Of a DNA stretch of 64,000 nucleotides, positions 20,159-29,779 are shown one piece after another (position 1 is the stretch's first letter; each line of letters starts with the position of its first letter). Position numbers and translations under genes: made by a program. This stretch comes from a virus. The DNA lies in IMG/VR virus record IMGVR_UViG_3300042934_000398, positions 1 to 64,000 of that record, one strand, 5' to 3'. A model generated the notes under the pieces. The model saw only the letters and a list, made by a program, of their open reading frames with translations. It made no database searches and was not told the origin of the DNA.

Positions 20159-20626
20159 ATGTCAGTAAAATTTGCAAAGTATTATAATGTAACAAATTTA
20201 GTAAAGAAAATGATTAAAGACGGTAAATTAGATTGTTATTCAGATTGTATGGATAATCTGTCAGGAGTATATATTTGCAGTGATACAAAAGATTTTTGGG
20301 TTGCGAGAATTAATAAAGATCTGAATGATGAGTATGACGAAGAAGAAGTAGTGTACCTAATTGAAAGAAATAAGATTGATAACTGGGATGTAATTGAAAA
20401 AGTTGGTGAGACATTCAATAAAGAAACTCCTAGACAGTATACAAAAATCGATATGCATAATTTTATCAATGAGACATCTGAAAGAATGTTATTTGAAGCT
20501 GTATTAATGATAGACGATTTTAATGGACTAGAAAATTGGGATAATTATCAATGTGATAGTTTGGAAGATGCAATTGATAACCTTGCTGATATTTATGGAA
20601 TTGAAGAGTTTAAAGTTGCAATGTAA
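20159..20626 (+). CDS. Hypothetical acidic protein
   Basis: AAAGGAG SD. Confidence 0.7.
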   Translation: MSVKFAKYYNVTNLVKKMIKDGKLDCYSDCMDNLSGVYICSDTKDFWVARINKDLNDEYDEEEVVYLIERNKIDNWDVIEKVGETFNKETPRQYTKIDMHNFINETSERMLFEAVLMIDDFNGLENWDNYQCDSLEDAIDNLADIYGIEEFKVAM

Positions 20627-20756
20627 TATTTCCATCCTGACGACTATACAAAACATTGTATAAGGTCGTAGGCGCAAAGCTACAGGATGGATTGAACCAA
20701 GTAGCCAATGACCAATTAATCGCCTAGAATGGCAAAATAGAAAGGATAGAAGGCAT

Positions 20757-20987
20757 ATGGAATTTAAGAAGGAAGATTTAGATAAGAAAGCATGTGATAC
20801 AATTTATGGATGTACTATTAAAATAACATGGAGGCAGTTTATAAAAGCATGGACAAAACTTATTTATAAAGATTGTATTTTAACAAATGAAGAAATAGAA
20901 GGATGGACAGACGATCAATATAATAGAGAAGTGTCTTTTATCTATGGTGTTTATAAGGAAAGTAAGAAACGAAGAAAGTATGCATGA
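20757..20987 (+). CDS. Hypothetical protein
   Basis: SD present; stop overlaps a palindrome. Confidence 0.6.
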   Translation: MEFKKEDLDKKACDTIYGCTIKITWRQFIKAWTKLIYKDCILTNEEIEGWTDDQYNREVSFIYGVYKESKKRRKYA

Positions 20988-21059
20988 AACAATTCTTTTA
21001 AGTGGTTTTGCAGATAATAATGTACATAAAAATAAATTTTAAATTCTTTATAAAAAGCA

Positions 21060-21126
21060 TTGACATCCATAGACACATGTGATAATATGTATACATAAGG
21101 TAAATCAATTAAATCAATTAAATCAA
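21060..21126 (+). promoter_or_regulatory. Sigma-A promoter followed by three tandem TAAATCAAT repeats
   Basis: TTGACA at 21060, TAATAT at 21083, repeats at 21101, 21110 and 21119. Confidence 0.6.
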
Positions 21127-21139
21127 GGAGGTCAATGAT

Positions 21140-21793
21140 ATGAATTTAAAAGTAGGAGAAGTAGCAAAGAGATTAGGGGTATCAGTTAAGACATTGCAAA
21201 GATGGGATAACGAAGGGGTATTTGTTGCTCTAAGAAATCCTAAAAATCAAAGATATTATACGGATGAACAAATTGAACAATTTGCAAGCAAGGCTAAAGA
21301 AACACAAGAAAAATATAAGTTGCTATTTATAGAGGCTGTATATGACGAGTATGAAGATTATGATAAGGTAGATAAAATACTTGAAGAGAATGTAAACAAA
21401 GGATTATTCTATATGTCAGGTGAACACATCGTGTACAAAGTTGAAAATGCGAAAGAATTAGCTTTATTATTTAATGTAGAATTGGAAATTGTAAAAGAAA
21501 GGTCTATCACGATATCCGAATATATTAGATATAATGATGGTGGTGAATATGTAGATATACTTGATATGCAAATTGGAATTGATAAATGTATTGATTACTT
21601 GGTTGAAAATCTTGATATTTACATCAGCGACATTAACAAAGCAATTGAAAACCTCTCAAACGATGATGATTCATTTGATGATGAGATTTCAAAATTAATT
21701 GACAATATGTTACCGATAGTAGCAAAGAAAAAAATTGATTCAGCAATTAAACAGTTGAAAGAAATGTCAAAAGGAAAATTTATTTGGAAGTAA
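21140..21793 (+). CDS. MerR-type HTH protein (excisionase/IS607-like N-terminus)
   Basis: VGEVAKRLGVSVKTLQRWDNEG...RNPKNQRYYT. Confidence 0.75.
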   Translation: MNLKVGEVAKRLGVSVKTLQRWDNEGVFVALRNPKNQRYYTDEQIEQFASKAKETQEKYKLLFIEAVYDEYEDYDKVDKILEENVNKGLFYMSGEHIVYKVENAKELALLFNVELEIVKERSITISEYIRYNDGGEYVDILDMQIGIDKCIDYLVENLDIYISDINKAIENLSNDDDSFDDEISKLIDNMLPIVAKKKIDSAIKQLKEMSKGKFIWK

Positions 21794-21810
21794 AAAAGGG
21801 GGATTTGATT

Positions 21811-22347
21811 ATGGAAACAGTAAAAATCGGTCGTACAGAAGTTAATAAAGAAGAGTTTATCAAAGCAGTAGCAAGCAACAATTCATTTCCAAAGATCATG
21901 TCAGAGTTAGGCTTCAATCCAAATGTGGGAAGCGTAAAGTTAAATATCAAAGATAAGATTATTGAGTTAGGACTTAATCACTCACATATCATGCACTTTG
22001 ATTATCAGACACCAGACGAAGTTATGCAAAGAAAGATTAAGACATTCAACCTTAATGCAGATAACCAAATATACTATGATGAATTTCTTTCTTCTTTGCC
22101 AGAACGAAGTGTAGCTAATTACAAGTCTAGCTGCGGTAACTTCATGGAAGAGTTAAGTGAACAGGATTTTATAACAATAAATAAAGAGCAGATATTAGAG
22201 TTTGCAAGTAGAAAGAAAACAGAATCAATGGTAAACAATGTAACGGCTCATTTAAGGTCAATGATGATTTATCTTGTGAGCAATGATGTAAATGGTGCAG
22301 TAGATAAGGTTAGCAAGGAAATGTTAGTGTGGTTGATTTGTAAATAG
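21811..22347 (+). CDS. Protein with an integrase core-binding (SAM-like) domain and no catalytic domain
   Basis: FLSSLPERSVANYKSSCGNF...ITINKEQILEF...TESMVNNVTAHLRSMMIYL pattern. Confidence 0.55.
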   Translation: METVKIGRTEVNKEEFIKAVASNNSFPKIMSELGFNPNVGSVKLNIKDKIIELGLNHSHIMHFDYQTPDEVMQRKIKTFNLNADNQIYYDEFLSSLPERSVANYKSSCGNFMEELSEQDFITINKEQILEFASRKKTESMVNNVTAHLRSMMIYLVSNDVNGAVDKVSKEMLVWLICK

Positions 22348-22399
22348 TCAGCCAGTACATATAATAATTATAATAAACATAAGCAGAAAGGTTAAACAG

Positions 22400-22717
22400 G
22401 TGAATAATATGAGTACAATTTGTAAGGTTAATGGATTTGAATTAAATGGAGTTAACGGATTTTATAGTTTGGTTATGCCTAGTGGCAGCACTATGGTAAA
22501 CGCATCTGGAAGTAAAGATGAATTGATTTCAGAGTTGAACAGATGGAAAGAAGAAGTTGACTTCAATAATGAGTTTATGTTAGAAGTTGAAAATAAATTT
22601 ATTGATGAATTAAATAAACAGCCATATACTTTCGTAAGAGAGTTTGTACACGAAGAATCGCCACTTGAAGATTTAAGAGAGTGTGAGTGGCAATATAACA
22701 ATGGTATGTGGTGTTAA
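22400..22717 (+). CDS. Hypothetical protein
   Basis: ORF with SD. Confidence 0.65.
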   Translation: MNNMSTICKVNGFELNGVNGFYSLVMPSGSTMVNASGSKDELISELNRWKEEVDFNNEFMLEVENKFIDELNKQPYTFVREFVHEESPLEDLRECEWQYNNGMWC

Positions 22718-22761
22718 AAAGCGAATAGATTACTTATTTGGCTTAGAGAGGGTGATTAAAG

Positions 22762-22905
22762 ATGGATATAAAAGAGCAATTACAGCAAATATATGATGAT
22801 TTATATGAGGTATCTACAGATGTGGATAATAACCAAAATTGGCAAGCAATTAGCAGATTGGCAAATATTCAAAATAGACTTGAGAGTATTGTTGATAAAT
22901 TGTAG
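22762..22905 (+). CDS. Small hypothetical protein
   Basis: GAGGG SD; between palindromes 22725 and 22907. Confidence 0.55.
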   Translation: MDIKEQLQQIYDDLYEVSTDVDNNQNWQAISRLANIQNRLESIVDKL

Positions 22906-22935
22906 AATAAAATGATGTATTGAAAGGAAAATAGT

Positions 22936-23124
22936 ATGGAAGATAGACTTATATTATTTAATAGGGCGTCTATACTAGTTAAAGAGTATGAAACAGACGG
23001 TACTAGCAATAATTTAACAGAAGCCATGTATGATTGCTTAAATGGATATATTAGATTATTTAACCAAGAAATAGAACAACTCAATAAATTAAATTGTATA
23101 GTTGATTTATGTAAAAGCAGATGA
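22936..23124 (+). CDS. Hypothetical protein
   Basis: AAAGGA SD. Confidence 0.55.
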   Translation: MEDRLILFNRASILVKEYETDGTSNNLTEAMYDCLNGYIRLFNQEIEQLNKLNCIVDLCKSR

Positions 23125-23300
23125 ACTCGGAAATCTATAGACAATAATAAACTAAAACAGGAGGAAATAACAATGTTTGGACTGGCAATATTTATATTTA
23201 TATTAATATGTAGTTTAGTATACGAGCAGTACGATAACAAGGTATTATATCCAAAGAGAAAAGCAGATTATGATAAAAGGAAAAGGGAGATGGGATTGAA

Positions 23301-23513
23301 ATGAGTTATATTAAATTATCGGAAATTGAGAAACATAAAAAATTTCAATTGGCTACTATTGCCGGATATAAAATCGAAGAAGATAAAGAAACTCGACGCT
23401 GTAAAATAGTTGGTGCAGATAATTATATTGATAATAATTTTAGAAATATTGACGAAGTGCTATTATTAATCAAAAATGATTTGATGCAGAAAGGTTTTGT
23501 TGTTGCAAGTTAA
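23301..23513 (+). CDS. Hypothetical protein
   Basis: ORF upstream of the recombinase. Confidence 0.55.
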   Translation: MSYIKLSEIEKHKKFQLATIAGYKIEEDKETRRCKIVGADNYIDNNFRNIDEVLLLIKNDLMQKGFVVAS

Positions 23514-23569
23514 TCGGCTTATAGACATTATTCTATTGGCAATGTTATAATTAGAAAGGGTGAATAAAT

Positions 23570-24541
23570 ATGGGATTAGCACAGGTTAAACAGGAAGAAA
23601 AAATAGAGTGTAGTATAATTATGTTTCCACAAGATAATATAATAGAAAAAAAAGAGGAAGATACTGTAAAAGAAATTAAATTGAGACTAGATGGCACACC
23701 TAAGATTATCGTTAGGAATAAGAAAAAAGGTCAGAAGTCTGAAGTATATCCATTCAGGACACAAGAAGACATTAAAAACATGATGAATTATTTTATCGAC
23801 AATAAATCATGGCACAGCTATTTATTATTTGTCTTAGGTATCAATATGGCTAGGCGAGTGGGTGATACCTTAAACCTCACATGGAAACATTTTTATTTTC
23901 CAAATGGCAGAATGAGAAGTGATGTACTTGAATTTGAGGAAGAAAAAACAGATAAATTTGCTAATCCTAGAATTAATAATGCTTGCCGTGAAGCTATTAA
24001 ACTATTTATAGAGAAAACTGAAGTAGAACCTATGGAGAATTACGAGAAACCTGTATTTATGCAACTATCTGGGACTGGTAAAGGAAAGGTGTTTTCAAAG
24101 TCTGGTTATTGGGTTAATTTGAAAAAGGCTGCTAAAGCTTGTAATATAGGATACAACATAGCAGCACATAGCACTAGAAAAACTTATGGATATTGGAGTA
24201 GAAAACTCCACCCAAACGATACAGATTCCATGCAAATATTACAGTCAACTTATAATCATTCGTCTGAATCTGTTACTAATAAATATATCGGATTAACAAA
24301 GGAAAAAATAGATCAGTATTACGACGATATGGGTGATTTCTTTACAGAGTATATTATGGGTGACAAACAGTTTCAAAATACAGAGAACAAACCTATTGTA
24401 TCACTTGATAGTAATGATTTAAGGGACATAATAACAATGGCTTATCAGGAAGGCAGAAAGAACGCTAGTAATAATGATATAGATAGCAATTTAGATATTG
24501 TTAATAGTATTATGGATTTAGCAGAAGAGTTGATGAAATAA
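23570..24541 (+). CDS. Tyrosine recombinase, catalytic-domain type
   Basis: GINMARRVGD (R), EEKT (K), HSTRK (HxxR), NHSS (H), NKYIG (Y); own TAGACA-17-TATAAT promoter. Confidence 0.9.
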   Translation: MGLAQVKQEEKIECSIIMFPQDNIIEKKEEDTVKEIKLRLDGTPKIIVRNKKKGQKSEVYPFRTQEDIKNMMNYFIDNKSWHSYLLFVLGINMARRVGDTLNLTWKHFYFPNGRMRSDVLEFEEEKTDKFANPRINNACREAIKLFIEKTEVEPMENYEKPVFMQLSGTGKGKVFSKSGYWVNLKKAAKACNIGYNIAAHSTRKTYGYWSRKLHPNDTDSMQILQSTYNHSSESVTNKYIGLTKEKIDQYYDDMGDFFTEYIMGDKQFQNTENKPIVSLDSNDLRDIITMAYQEGRKNASNNDIDSNLDIVNSIMDLAEELMK

Positions 24542-24579
24542 ACAGACTACTAACAACTATTAAACGGAGGATTAATTAA

Positions 24580-24825
24580 ATGGGTTTATTAGGAAGTATA
24601 GCAGGTATATTATCGATGGGTGGATTAGATAATCATAATGTTAATCAAAAGATAAAACAAATGGATGACGATCCTAATTGTACAACTAAAACTGACAGGT
24701 GGTATAGAGAACATAATACTACACCGGAAGAGCAAGAAAAGTTGAGACTGAGAGAATCAATGATATATAGAAAAGAACATGGAATGACATATTATTTGAA
24801 TGATGATGATTATAGGTTGAAATGA
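24580..24825 (+). CDS. Hypothetical protein
   Basis: GGAGG SD. Confidence 0.6.
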   Translation: MGLLGSIAGILSMGGLDNHNVNQKIKQMDDDPNCTTKTDRWYREHNTTPEEQEKLRLRESMIYRKEHGMTYYLNDDDYRLK

Positions 24826-24860
24826 ATAAATCAGAGCTTTGATTTGGAATGGAGGTAAGT

Positions 24861-25082
24861 ATGAAAGTATCAAAAGATATTCAATATAAAATGCACAAAG
24901 CAGCTAGACTGCACTCAGAAGCAAATAAATTAATGGAAGATGTAAATGATTATTTTGAAAAGAATGGAATAGATGAAGATGTATTGAGATGTGGGAATGG
25001 AATATCGCTAGAAGAGGTTGAACTTGGAAACGATATAGTGGATGAATTTGTGTCATGGGCAGAAAATGATTTTGAATTATAG
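24861..25082 (+). CDS. Hypothetical protein
   Basis: GGAGG SD; flanked by palindromes. Confidence 0.65.
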   Translation: MKVSKDIQYKMHKAARLHSEANKLMEDVNDYFEKNGIDEDVLRCGNGISLEEVELGNDIVDEFVSWAENDFEL

Positions 25083-25128
25083 AAACACAACCAAAAACGA
25101 TTTTGATTTGAAAATAGGAGGAAATAAA

Positions 25129-25368
25129 ATGGAACAGAGCTGCGATACATGTAATAACAGATATGTTTGTGAGGGTGAATTTGAGTTCAATTGTAAAGAG
25201 TCAGGATATATGAGATATAGCAAAGATACAAGAGACAATAAAGAAAAAATTAATATACCAAAATATGATGAGTTAGTAAAAGCCTTAGAATATGCACACA
25301 GATTTGCGAGTAGAAATGATAGTTATGATCAAGAATATGTTAAAAATGTAATTGATAAATGCAGATGA
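25129..25368 (+). CDS. Hypothetical Cys-containing protein
   Basis: AGGAGG SD; flanked by palindromes. Confidence 0.65.
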   Translation: MEQSCDTCNNRYVCEGEFEFNCKESGYMRYSKDTRDNKEKINIPKYDELVKALEYAHRFASRNDSYDQEYVKNVIDKCR

Positions 25369-25399
25369 AACTTAAATTTGATTATGAATGGAGAAAATA

Positions 25400-25786
25400 A
25401 TGAAGAGAGATATGGATTTGATAAGAAAAATATTATTTGATTTAGAGAAACAAAGTGATGGGACACCTGTATATGATTTAGAAATTGATGGTCATTCAGA
25501 TAAAGAGGTTGCATACCATTGTAAATTATTATATGACGCTGGATATGTATTAAACTATGATGCAAGTTATGCAGATGGCGATTATTTAATCGGATTTGGA
25601 GTTGGAAGTATTTCGTGGGACGGACACGAATTAATTGATACCATTAGAAATGATACTGTTTGGAATAAGACAAAAGACACCGTTGTTAAAAACGGATTAT
25701 CTATGACGGTTGATGTCATTAAGGAAATAGCTACATCAATATTATCTGGTATGACACAGGCAGCAATTAAAGGGTTGACAACTTAA
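25400..25786 (+). CDS. DUF2513-family winged-helix protein
   Basis: MKRDMDLIRKIL...YHCKLLYDAG...SWDGHELIDTIRNDTVW. Confidence 0.8.
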   Translation: MKRDMDLIRKILFDLEKQSDGTPVYDLEIDGHSDKEVAYHCKLLYDAGYVLNYDASYADGDYLIGFGVGSISWDGHELIDTIRNDTVWNKTKDTVVKNGLSMTVDVIKEIATSILSGMTQAAIKGLTT

Positions 25787-25818
25787 AACGAGGATTTCAT
25801 CAAGAAAGGAGCAATGGA

Positions 25819-26033
25819 TTGGGAGGATCAACAACTAGATTTAGTAAGTGTTATTGTTCTAAATGTAGAGATAAATATTATAAAGCATATTTAATAACTC
25901 ATAGAAGAACAATTGACTGGAATAACGTTTCTGCTGTTGCTAAAAATGGAGAATACATAACATTACATTGTAAAATAACTGTGGTAATGAATGGAAGTCC
26001 AATAGTAAATCAGCACATAGAATATTCAAATAG
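25819..26033 (+). pseudogene. Zn-finger protein with an apparent frameshift
   Basis: CSKC...LHC; the alternative frame continues NCGNEWKSNSKSAHRIFK*, ending in the palindrome at 26030. Confidence 0.5.
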
Positions 26034-26046
26034 AACTAGATATTGA

Positions 26047-26328
26047 TTGGAAAGGGAAAATAAATTGGATATTAAAAAGGCAATAGAAATTATACAGGGA
26101 AATATAAACGCTAAAAAAAATGATGAACTGCAAGCCATTGAAATAGCTGTTAGAGAAATGAAAAAGTCAATAGCTATGAAACCAATAAATAATGGTAACT
26201 GGGTTTCAAAAACATGTCCAACATGTGGTGAAGGGTTATCAGAGCATCATGGAGATGGATATTATAGTGATAATATTTGTTTGGAAAGTTGTCCTAATTG
26301 CAGGCAGCTACTTGATTGGGACGATTAA
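26047..26328 (+). CDS. Zn-ribbon phage protein
   Basis: CPTCG...CPNCRQLLDW; exact start uncertain. Confidence 0.65.
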   Translation: MERENKLDIKKAIEIIQGNINAKKNDELQAIEIAVREMKKSIAMKPINNGNWVSKTCPTCGEGLSEHHGDGYYSDNICLESCPNCRQLLDWDD

Positions 26329-26371
26329 CCATTTAAAACATGAAATTGATGTGTAGTTGAAAGGAGAATAA

Positions 26372-26539
26372 ATGAAAGAAGTGTATTGTTGTGATAAAAT
26401 GAAAAAAGAAGGATGGTATGTGGAACAAAAAGATAATAAGATAATTCTTCAAGAAGAGTACAGTCCACATTACATAGATAATGCAAAATATTGTCCTTGG
26501 TGCGGTGAAAACTTAGAAAATATATTAAAAGAAAGCTGA
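26372..26539 (+). CDS. Small Zn-binding protein
   Basis: YCCDKM...YCPWCG; AAAGGAG SD. Confidence 0.6.
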   Translation: MKEVYCCDKMKKEGWYVEQKDNKIILQEEYSPHYIDNAKYCPWCGENLENILKES

Positions 26540-26583
26540 AAAATAAACGATTGAAGTGGCTAAATAGAAAAGGAGTTGTAATT

Positions 26584-26811
26584 ATGAATAATAAGATTAA
26601 AACACAAACAGAATTAAAAAATTTTATTCATACACAAATAGAAAAATATACTAATACAATAATATTGCGAATTTTAAAAGAATTTGAAATGGAAGAAAAG
26701 TACGCTTATATCAAAAAAGAATGTGTAGATGGATATGATAAACAATTGGTAAACAGTATTAATGATGCAATCTTTTCGCTTTTAGTAAATAATGTGAATA
26801 ACAATAAATGA
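26584..26811 (+). CDS. Hypothetical protein
   Basis: AAAGGAG SD. Confidence 0.6.
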   Translation: MNNKIKTQTELKNFIHTQIEKYTNTIILRILKEFEMEEKYAYIKKECVDGYDKQLVNSINDAIFSLLVNNVNNNK

Positions 26812-27037
26812 ATCATTTGGTTTGGAAAGATGGTGATAAGATGGGAATAGTAATTATTTGTTTTAAACGATATGAAAGCAAATACGAAACAAATGATACA
26901 GAAATTTATGAATGGATTGAATATTCGTCTTTGGATGAATTTGAAAAGCATTATCCTAATTGTAAAGTAAAGTTTGTTTTTACAAAAGAAGATAATTTAA
27001 TACGATGAAATGTATAATTGATAAGGAGGATCAAATT

Positions 27038-27298
27038 ATGACATTAAGCCAAATGAAAAAGGATGTCGAATATCTTCTCGAAGAATATGGTCATCCAGAA
27101 GATATATGTGGAGATGTATGTAATACAGAGTTATTTTTAAATTTATTAATGGGGAAGATATCAAGAGAAGAATGTTTAAAAAATATGATGCAAAGATACT
27201 ATGAAAAAGGTACTGACGATGGCGAAATTCCTCAAGCAGATAAGAAAGCACAACGTATATTTAAAAGATGGTTAGATAGTGAATTATTAATAGATTGA
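27038..27298 (+). CDS. Hypothetical protein
   Basis: AAGGAGG SD after palindrome 27005. Confidence 0.65.
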   Translation: MTLSQMKKDVEYLLEEYGHPEDICGDVCNTELFLNLLMGKISREECLKNMMQRYYEKGTDDGEIPQADKKAQRIFKRWLDSELLID

Positions 27299-28016
27299 CG
27301 ATTTGATTATCTTATAGAAAGGTAGGTAGCTAATTATAATAACAGAATTTGAATATGGAAGTATTAAATGTAAAAGCATTTGTTATAACTGTATAAACAA
27401 AAAACAATGTGGAGTTAAAATGGATGCGGAATCAAAGAAGAAAGTTGTGATAAACTGTTTGAACAAAATTAATATTAAAAAGGAAGAAGACGATTGATAT
27501 GAACAGAACACTAACAGAAGACGAGTTAACTAAAGAAGAAGAAATTATCAGAGATTATTGTTTCAAAAAGTCTTACGATTCTGATAGGTTAGCTCAGGTG
27601 CTAAGATATGGATTAGATCACGAACAGTTAATAGTTTTGTGTAGAGATATATTAGATAATTGCAGATAAAATAACTATTTTATCATTTCTAAAGCAGGAC
27701 AAGCTATAAGAATAAGTATTAAATAAGTATTACATAATACTATTTTTAAAAAGTTAATAAAAATAATAATAAACATGTTAAAAAACATATTGACATGTTT
27801 ATTTGTGTGTGCTATCTTTTTATTATAGAAAATAATAATATACATTAAGTATAAACTAATTATTAATTGTATATAATATATTATGAATGAAAGGATGGTG
27901 CAAACGATTAATAATATCAAACTAAAACAATTTAAATGAATAAACGAAGGAGATTAATCAAATGAACTGTTATATTGACAATTCTAGTTGAATGAAAATG
28001 AAAAGGAGAGATTATT

Positions 28017-28409
28017 ATGATTATTAAAAGAGGAGATATTTTTTATATTGATATTAAAAACGATGAATTAGATCCACACAAACAGATAGGTTGTAGACCT
28101 TGTATTATCATATCTAATGATATGAATAATAAACACAACAGCAGAGTACAGTACATACCATTGACCAGTAGGGACAAAAAGTATATACCTACTCATGTAA
28201 TTTTGAAAACTACAGAAGGACTTCAGAAAGAATCAATTGCTTTATGCGAATGTATTGACGGAATTAGTAAGGCGTATATCAAAGAAAAGATTGGTCATGT
28301 ATCTGAAGAAGATATGATAAAAATAGAGAATGCTATGGATATTCAGTTAAATCCAAGTAGAACAGTAAGATTTGTTGTAAGAAATCCTAGACAATATGCT
28401 CATGCTTAA
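28017..28409 (+). CDS. mazF: PemK/MazF-family endoribonuclease
   Basis: IKRGDIFY, QIGCRPCIIISND, IPLTS, ALCECI, IGHV motifs. Confidence 0.88.
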   Translation: MIIKRGDIFYIDIKNDELDPHKQIGCRPCIIISNDMNNKHNSRVQYIPLTSRDKKYIPTHVILKTTEGLQKESIALCECIDGISKAYIKEKIGHVSEEDMIKIENAMDIQLNPSRTVRFVVRNPRQYAHA

Positions 28410-28513
28410 AAATAGATAATATTAAACATAATTAAAATATAAATATTGACAAATGGATGATTATGTATTATATTATTGTTATATGTATGAATCATAGGGA
28501 GGATGAGTATTAT

Positions 28514-29779
28514 ATGAAAGACGATAAAGCATTAAGAGAAGTGTTGCAAACGAAAATTGCCCAAATTAAAGCAGAATATCCTAAAATAGTAATAAAAGAA
28601 ATTTCACAGACTATGGCGAACACTTATAATGTGAAACATGGATTAAGTATCGACATTATAAACGGCATATATCCTATAGAAAACTTAACTTATGATATGT
28701 TGTATAAATTAATGAAATCCATTCACACACTTACAGCATCAAGATTTATGACACTAGATTCTTCTGATTTATATGCACCATCATATTTTACAGATATTGA
28801 AATTGAAGAATTTGAAAAACCTGTTCCGGAAGAAGAAGATAATTTTGATATTGTTATTAAAGATTGGCACGAAACAACAATGGATCAATATAGAGTAATT
28901 CATATTTTTACCGATATAAATGAGAAAATTCGCTGGAGAAACTATAATAAACTTCGTTTTAATCCAGAAACTCAACGAGATTTAATTGAAATAAAATCAC
29001 AAAAAGGTACGATAGTAAAAAAACTTGACATCAATAGAAAAGCCGTGAATAATATGAAGGAACTTATGATTAAGGGATTATATTTCCCAGTTCCTTGTAT
29101 TATTAATATTAATCCAGATAAATGCGAAGAGCCAGTAATTATAAGAGGCAATACTTTAACTATACCAAAAGAAAATCATATTGATTTAATTGAGGGATTT
29201 CATAACTATATTGCTGAATGTGAAGTTAAAGATGAAAATCCTGATTGGAATTTTCCGTGTGAATTGAAATTAATGTTTTTAGATACTGATAGATGTAATG
29301 ACTTTATTAATCAAATGGATCAGAAGACTCATTTTAGAGAACCACAAAAAGCTAGAATAGACACACAGTCTCAAGAAAATTTTATAATTGACAGATTAAA
29401 TTCAAATAGTAAATATCATCTAGTAGGTACTATAGATAAAGATATGAGAGTCTATTTATATAAAATTATAAAATATATTTTTGAGGTTCAGGATAGAAAA
29501 CAAGCTGTAGATATTTTTGAACATTTGAAAGATAATTTAAATTATATAATCGAAAATACAGATCATTATAATATTGCATTTAACAAAACTGAATTTTTTG
29601 TATATTTGATGATGATAAAAAGTTCAATAGATTCTAATATAGATTTTGAAAGTATATATAGAAAAATCGATATTAATAGTATCTTTGAAGAATTTAAGAT
29701 TAGAAATGCACCAAGCGCATCGTATTATGCTAAATTAAAATCTATAATTAACGAGGTGATTAAAAATGCCAATGTATAA
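28514..29779 (+). CDS. DndB/ParB-like (DGQHR-type) protein, SPbeta YopQ-like position
   Basis: FNPETQRDL and LIEGFHN motifs; overlaps the downstream integrase-like gene. Confidence 0.55.
   Translation: MKDDKALREVLQTKIAQIKAEYPKIVIKEISQTMANTYNVKHGLSIDIINGIYPIENLTYDMLYKLMKSIHTLTASRFMTLDSSDLYAPSYFTDIEIEEFEKPVPEEEDNFDIVIKDWHETTMDQYRVIHIFTDINEKIRWRNYNKLRFNPETQRDLIEIKSQKGTIVKKLDINRKAVNNMKELMIKGLYFPVPCIININPDKCEEPVIIRGNTLTIPKENHIDLIEGFHNYIAECEVKDENPDWNFPCELKLMFLDTDRCNDFINQMDQKTHFREPQKARIDTQSQENFIIDRLNSNSKYHLVGTIDKDMRVYLYKIIKYIFEVQDRKQAVDIFEHLKDNLNYIIENTDHYNIAFNKTEFFVYLMMIKSSIDSNIDFESIYRKIDINSIFEEFKIRNAPSASYYAKLKSIINEVIKNANV

Larger units (their letters stand above)
12489..27683. repeat. Gene-junction palindromes ATYAAA-N6-TTTRAT, first block
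   Basis: 18-mers starting at 12489, 12803, 14102 (weak), 17086, 17700, 17969, 19223, 19696, 20116, 20984, 22725, 22907, 23121 (weak), 24826, 25090, 25365, 25783, 26030, 26333, 26804, 27005, 27290, 27666. Confidence 0.8.

Noticed and set aside
20630-20691. Hammerhead ribozyme (CTGACGA)
   Set aside because: The required GAAA after stem II is missing
21140-21793. IS607 transposase
   Set aside because: Only the MerR HTH matches; no serine-recombinase YARVS motif or adjacent tnpB
27962-27991. 9-aa ORF upstream of mazF as an arbitrium peptide or antitoxin
   Set aside because: No signal peptide, too short, and no AimR-like receptor in the window
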